From Candidatus Geocrenenecus huangii (GTDB lineage Archaea > Thermoproteota > Nitrososphaeria_A > Caldarchaeales > Wolframiiraptoraceae): a stretch of DNA of 15,913 nucleotides. The notes under the pieces are model-generated. The model was given only the letters and a program-made list of their open reading frames with translations. It was not told the origin of the DNA and searched no databases. Within the stretch, counting starts at the first letter, position 1; each line of letters begins with the position of its first letter. Location of the stretch: contig JALNLM010000021.1 in NCBI GenBank assembly GCA_023254095.1, forward strand, positions 1 to 15,913. The letters are read 5' to 3'. Shown here piece by piece: positions 13,910-15,913 of the stretch. The translations under genes were made by a program, and so were the position numbers.

Positions 13910-15793
13910 CTACATTTCTTCAACGGGTTGGACGCCGATTAATCTTAGCACGTTGCCTAGCACTATCTTGAATGCAAGGACCTCTGCGACCCTGAATTTT
14001 CTAAGCTCAACATCATCTACGTGGAGGACAGGTACCTTCTCATAGAATCTACTAAAATCTGATGCGAGCATATAGGCATAGTTTGACAGGGTTTTGATAA
14101 GGAGACTTTCACCTACGTCTTCTACTACTTCTGGGAAGTAGGCGATCCTCCTCAATAATTGTTTTTCCTCTTCTACTAGCTCTACCGGGGCCTTGGTGGA
14201 ATATTCTCGAGTTGTTTTCTCAAGTATTCTGCACGCTCTTGCATAAGAGTATTGTAGGTATGGTCCAGTATCCCCTTCCAGTTTCAGCATTTCGTCTGCG
14301 TCCAAGATTATCATTTTATCTGTGTCCGGCTTTATGAGAGAGTATCTTAAGGCTCCTACAGCAATCTTTTCTGATACCTCTTCAACCTTCTCTTCAGACC
14401 ATCCTGGGTGTTTCTCCCGAACTTCCAGTTTAATCTTTTCTTTCAACATGTCTAGTAGTGTATCAGTTTTAACATATAGGCCTCTTCTACCACTCATATG
14501 CACGAATTCTTGACCCGGCTCTGGCTCATATCCTATCTTGACGGCGTCCTTAATACTTAGAGCGACCACCTCATACCCAAAGTGGATGTACTTGTCAGAC
14601 TTCAATCCCATCAACTCTAAAGCATATCTAACGACTTCTTGAGGTCTCTTCTGACGTATGTCTATCACGTTTATGACTTTCTCAGCTTCTCCTAGAGGTT
14701 TCTCAATATCTCCCTTAACATCTGTTATCAGGATCTCTCCACTCCACGGGTCCCTCATCCATACCTTATACTTGAAGTCTCTAGATGTATCTCCAAGTTT
14801 CCAAGCTCCGTAAGCAATATCTCTAGCAACATAAGTGGTTGAGCCATCGCTTTTTACGAGTATCTCGTCTCCCTCTCTACCTAACACTGGATGGCCGGAT
14901 AGGTTTAGAAGCCAGCACCCAGCTTTCTGGCCAGATTCAGCTTTGTATACTGCTCCTACTCTGATTAACTTCTTGAAGACTTCGCTCCAGAGATCGTACG
15001 AGAGTATGTCGCTCTCCATGTTTAGGATATGGTATCTTGCTCCAAGCCTCCAGCAGGTCTTCAATTGCTCTTTCAGCACCTTCTCAACTATTTCTCTATT
15101 CAACCTATAATATTCATCATCTCTTTCTTCAATCAACTTAGCGATTCTTCTTCTCTTCTCCGCTAGTAAGGGGTCTTCTTCAATTCTTCTAGAAACCTCA
15201 ACATAAACGGTGTCTCCACAGTAGGCATCAAATCTTGCTCCATCTGGAGGCTCGAGGGGGTAGCCGAGTTCCTTGAATCCAAGTATCACGTCGGCCATCT
15301 GGGTTCCACTATCGTCTATGTAGTTTAAGACGACGACGTCGTATCCTAGGAAGCTGAATAATCTATAGAGTGTGTCTCCTAGACAGACGTTTCTAGCATG
15401 ACCTACGTGTAGAGCCTTGTTCGGGTTAACGCTTGTATGCTCGATGATTATCTTCTTTCCAAGACCTATATTGCTTTTACCATAATCTTCGCCTTGTCCA
15501 ATAACCGTCTTTAAGATCTCTTCAGAATATCTCTGCCAATCAACTTTAAAATTAAGATATCCATCAACAGCCACAACCGAGTTTATCAATCTTGCATTAG
15601 ATAGATCTATCTTAGCAGCAAATTCTTCAGCGATCTTCCTAGGATCTCTTCTCAGGCTCTTAGCTAAAGCGAATGCAGATGTAGATGTTACTTCCCCGAA
15701 TCTAGGATCTCTCGCAGGCTGGATGAGGGGCTTCTCAACTCCCACCCAACGTAGCAGAGCTTCAGCCTCAGAGATAAGCTTCTTCAACACCAT
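13910..15793 (-). CDS. argS: Arginine--tRNA ligase
   Basis: EHTSVNPNKALHVGHARN (HIGH), KSDGSTTYVARDIAY, MSGRRG, GDTGPYLQYSYARA and C-terminal PVEEM. Confidence 0.98.
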   Translation of the reverse strand: MVLKKLISEAEALLRWVGVEKPLIQPARDPRFGEVTSTSAFALAKSLRRDPRKIAEEFAAKIDLSNARLINSVVAVDGYLNFKVDWQRYSEEILKTVIGQGEDYGKSNIGLGKKIIIEHTSVNPNKALHVGHARNVCLGDTLYRLFSFLGYDVVVLNYIDDSGTQMADVILGFKELGYPLEPPDGARFDAYCGDTVYVEVSRRIEEDPLLAEKRRRIAKLIEERDDEYYRLNREIVEKVLKEQLKTCWRLGARYHILNMESDILSYDLWSEVFKKLIRVGAVYKAESGQKAGCWLLNLSGHPVLGREGDEILVKSDGSTTYVARDIAYGAWKLGDTSRDFKYKVWMRDPWSGEILITDVKGDIEKPLGEAEKVINVIDIRQKRPQEVVRYALELMGLKSDKYIHFGYEVVALSIKDAVKIGYEPEPGQEFVHMSGRRGLYVKTDTLLDMLKEKIKLEVREKHPGWSEEKVEEVSEKIAVGALRYSLIKPDTDKMIILDADEMLKLEGDTGPYLQYSYARACRILEKTTREYSTKAPVELVEEEKQLLRRIAYFPEVVEDVGESLLIKTLSNYAYMLASDFSRFYEKVPVLHVDDVELRKFRVAEVLAFKIVLGNVLRLIGVQPVEEM

Positions 15794-15814
15794 TCCTATT
15801 TCCTAGTAAAATTC

Positions 15815-15840
15815 ATTATAGCAAGTGTTAAACCTTTACC
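15815..15840 (-). promoter_or_regulatory. Putative argS promoter
   Basis: Minus strand GGTAAAGG-TTTAAC followed by CTATAAT, 22-47 nt upstream of the ATG. Confidence 0.45.
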
Positions 15841-15873
15841 TAGAGCGATCACGCTCTCAATAAGTAGTATAAC

Positions 15874-15889
15874 AATTCTTGCAAGAATT
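15874..15889. promoter_or_regulatory. Perfect 16-bp palindrome, candidate operator
   Basis: AATTCTTGCAAGAATT is its own reverse complement. Confidence 0.45.
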
Positions 15890-15913
15890 TTGAAAGGATG
15901 CATCGAGACTTGA

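Noticed and set aside
585-15110. Numerous 60-126 aa ORFs antisense to, or out of frame within, the large genes
   Set aside because: Ser/Ile/Leu/Phe-rich shadows of purine-rich coding strands, lying wholly or mostly inside well-supported genes.
10734-15793. Functional link between tRNA-Arg and nearby argS
   Set aside because: About 3 kb apart, on opposite strands and separated by two unrelated genes; nothing in the sequence supports more than coincidence.
10800-15913. Integrated element at tRNA-Arg
   Set aside because: No integrase and no duplicated tRNA 3' end; the downstream genes are core housekeeping genes.
1-15913. CRISPR array, IS or transposase, or inteins in leuS, argS and cdc48
   Set aside because: No regularly spaced repeats or transposase-like ORFs seen; protein lengths are typical and the motifs are contiguous.

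Overview
Core-genome window of a thermophilic archaeon. The 16S 3' end (AAGGTGGCC...GGCCGGATCACCTCCT) and an unlinked 16S gene point to the Aigarchaeota/Thaumarchaeota part of TACK; this placement is inferred, not searched. Contents in order: 3' end of a 16S rRNA gene with no tRNA-Ala or 23S after it; trm14-like THUMP methyltransferase (-); a compact minus-strand cluster of split nuoJ (J1, J2), nuoK and a DUF5131 CxxxCxxC radical-SAM-like gene with no other complex I genes nearby; a DRG/OBG-family TGS GTPase with an altered G3 motif (-); a ferritin-like protein; leuS; a DUF434/PIN-like gene; a divergent pyrG; an intron-containing tRNA-Arg(CCG); hsp20; cdc48; and argS (-). I see no mobile element, CRISPR array or integrase. 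The best leads are the orphan nuoJ1-J2-K-DUF5131 unit, a C1400U change in the 16S decoding site, a tRNA intron that pairs with UCG rather than the encoded CCG anticodon, the pyrG insertion and motif changes, and a promoter motif shared by hsp20 and cdc48.
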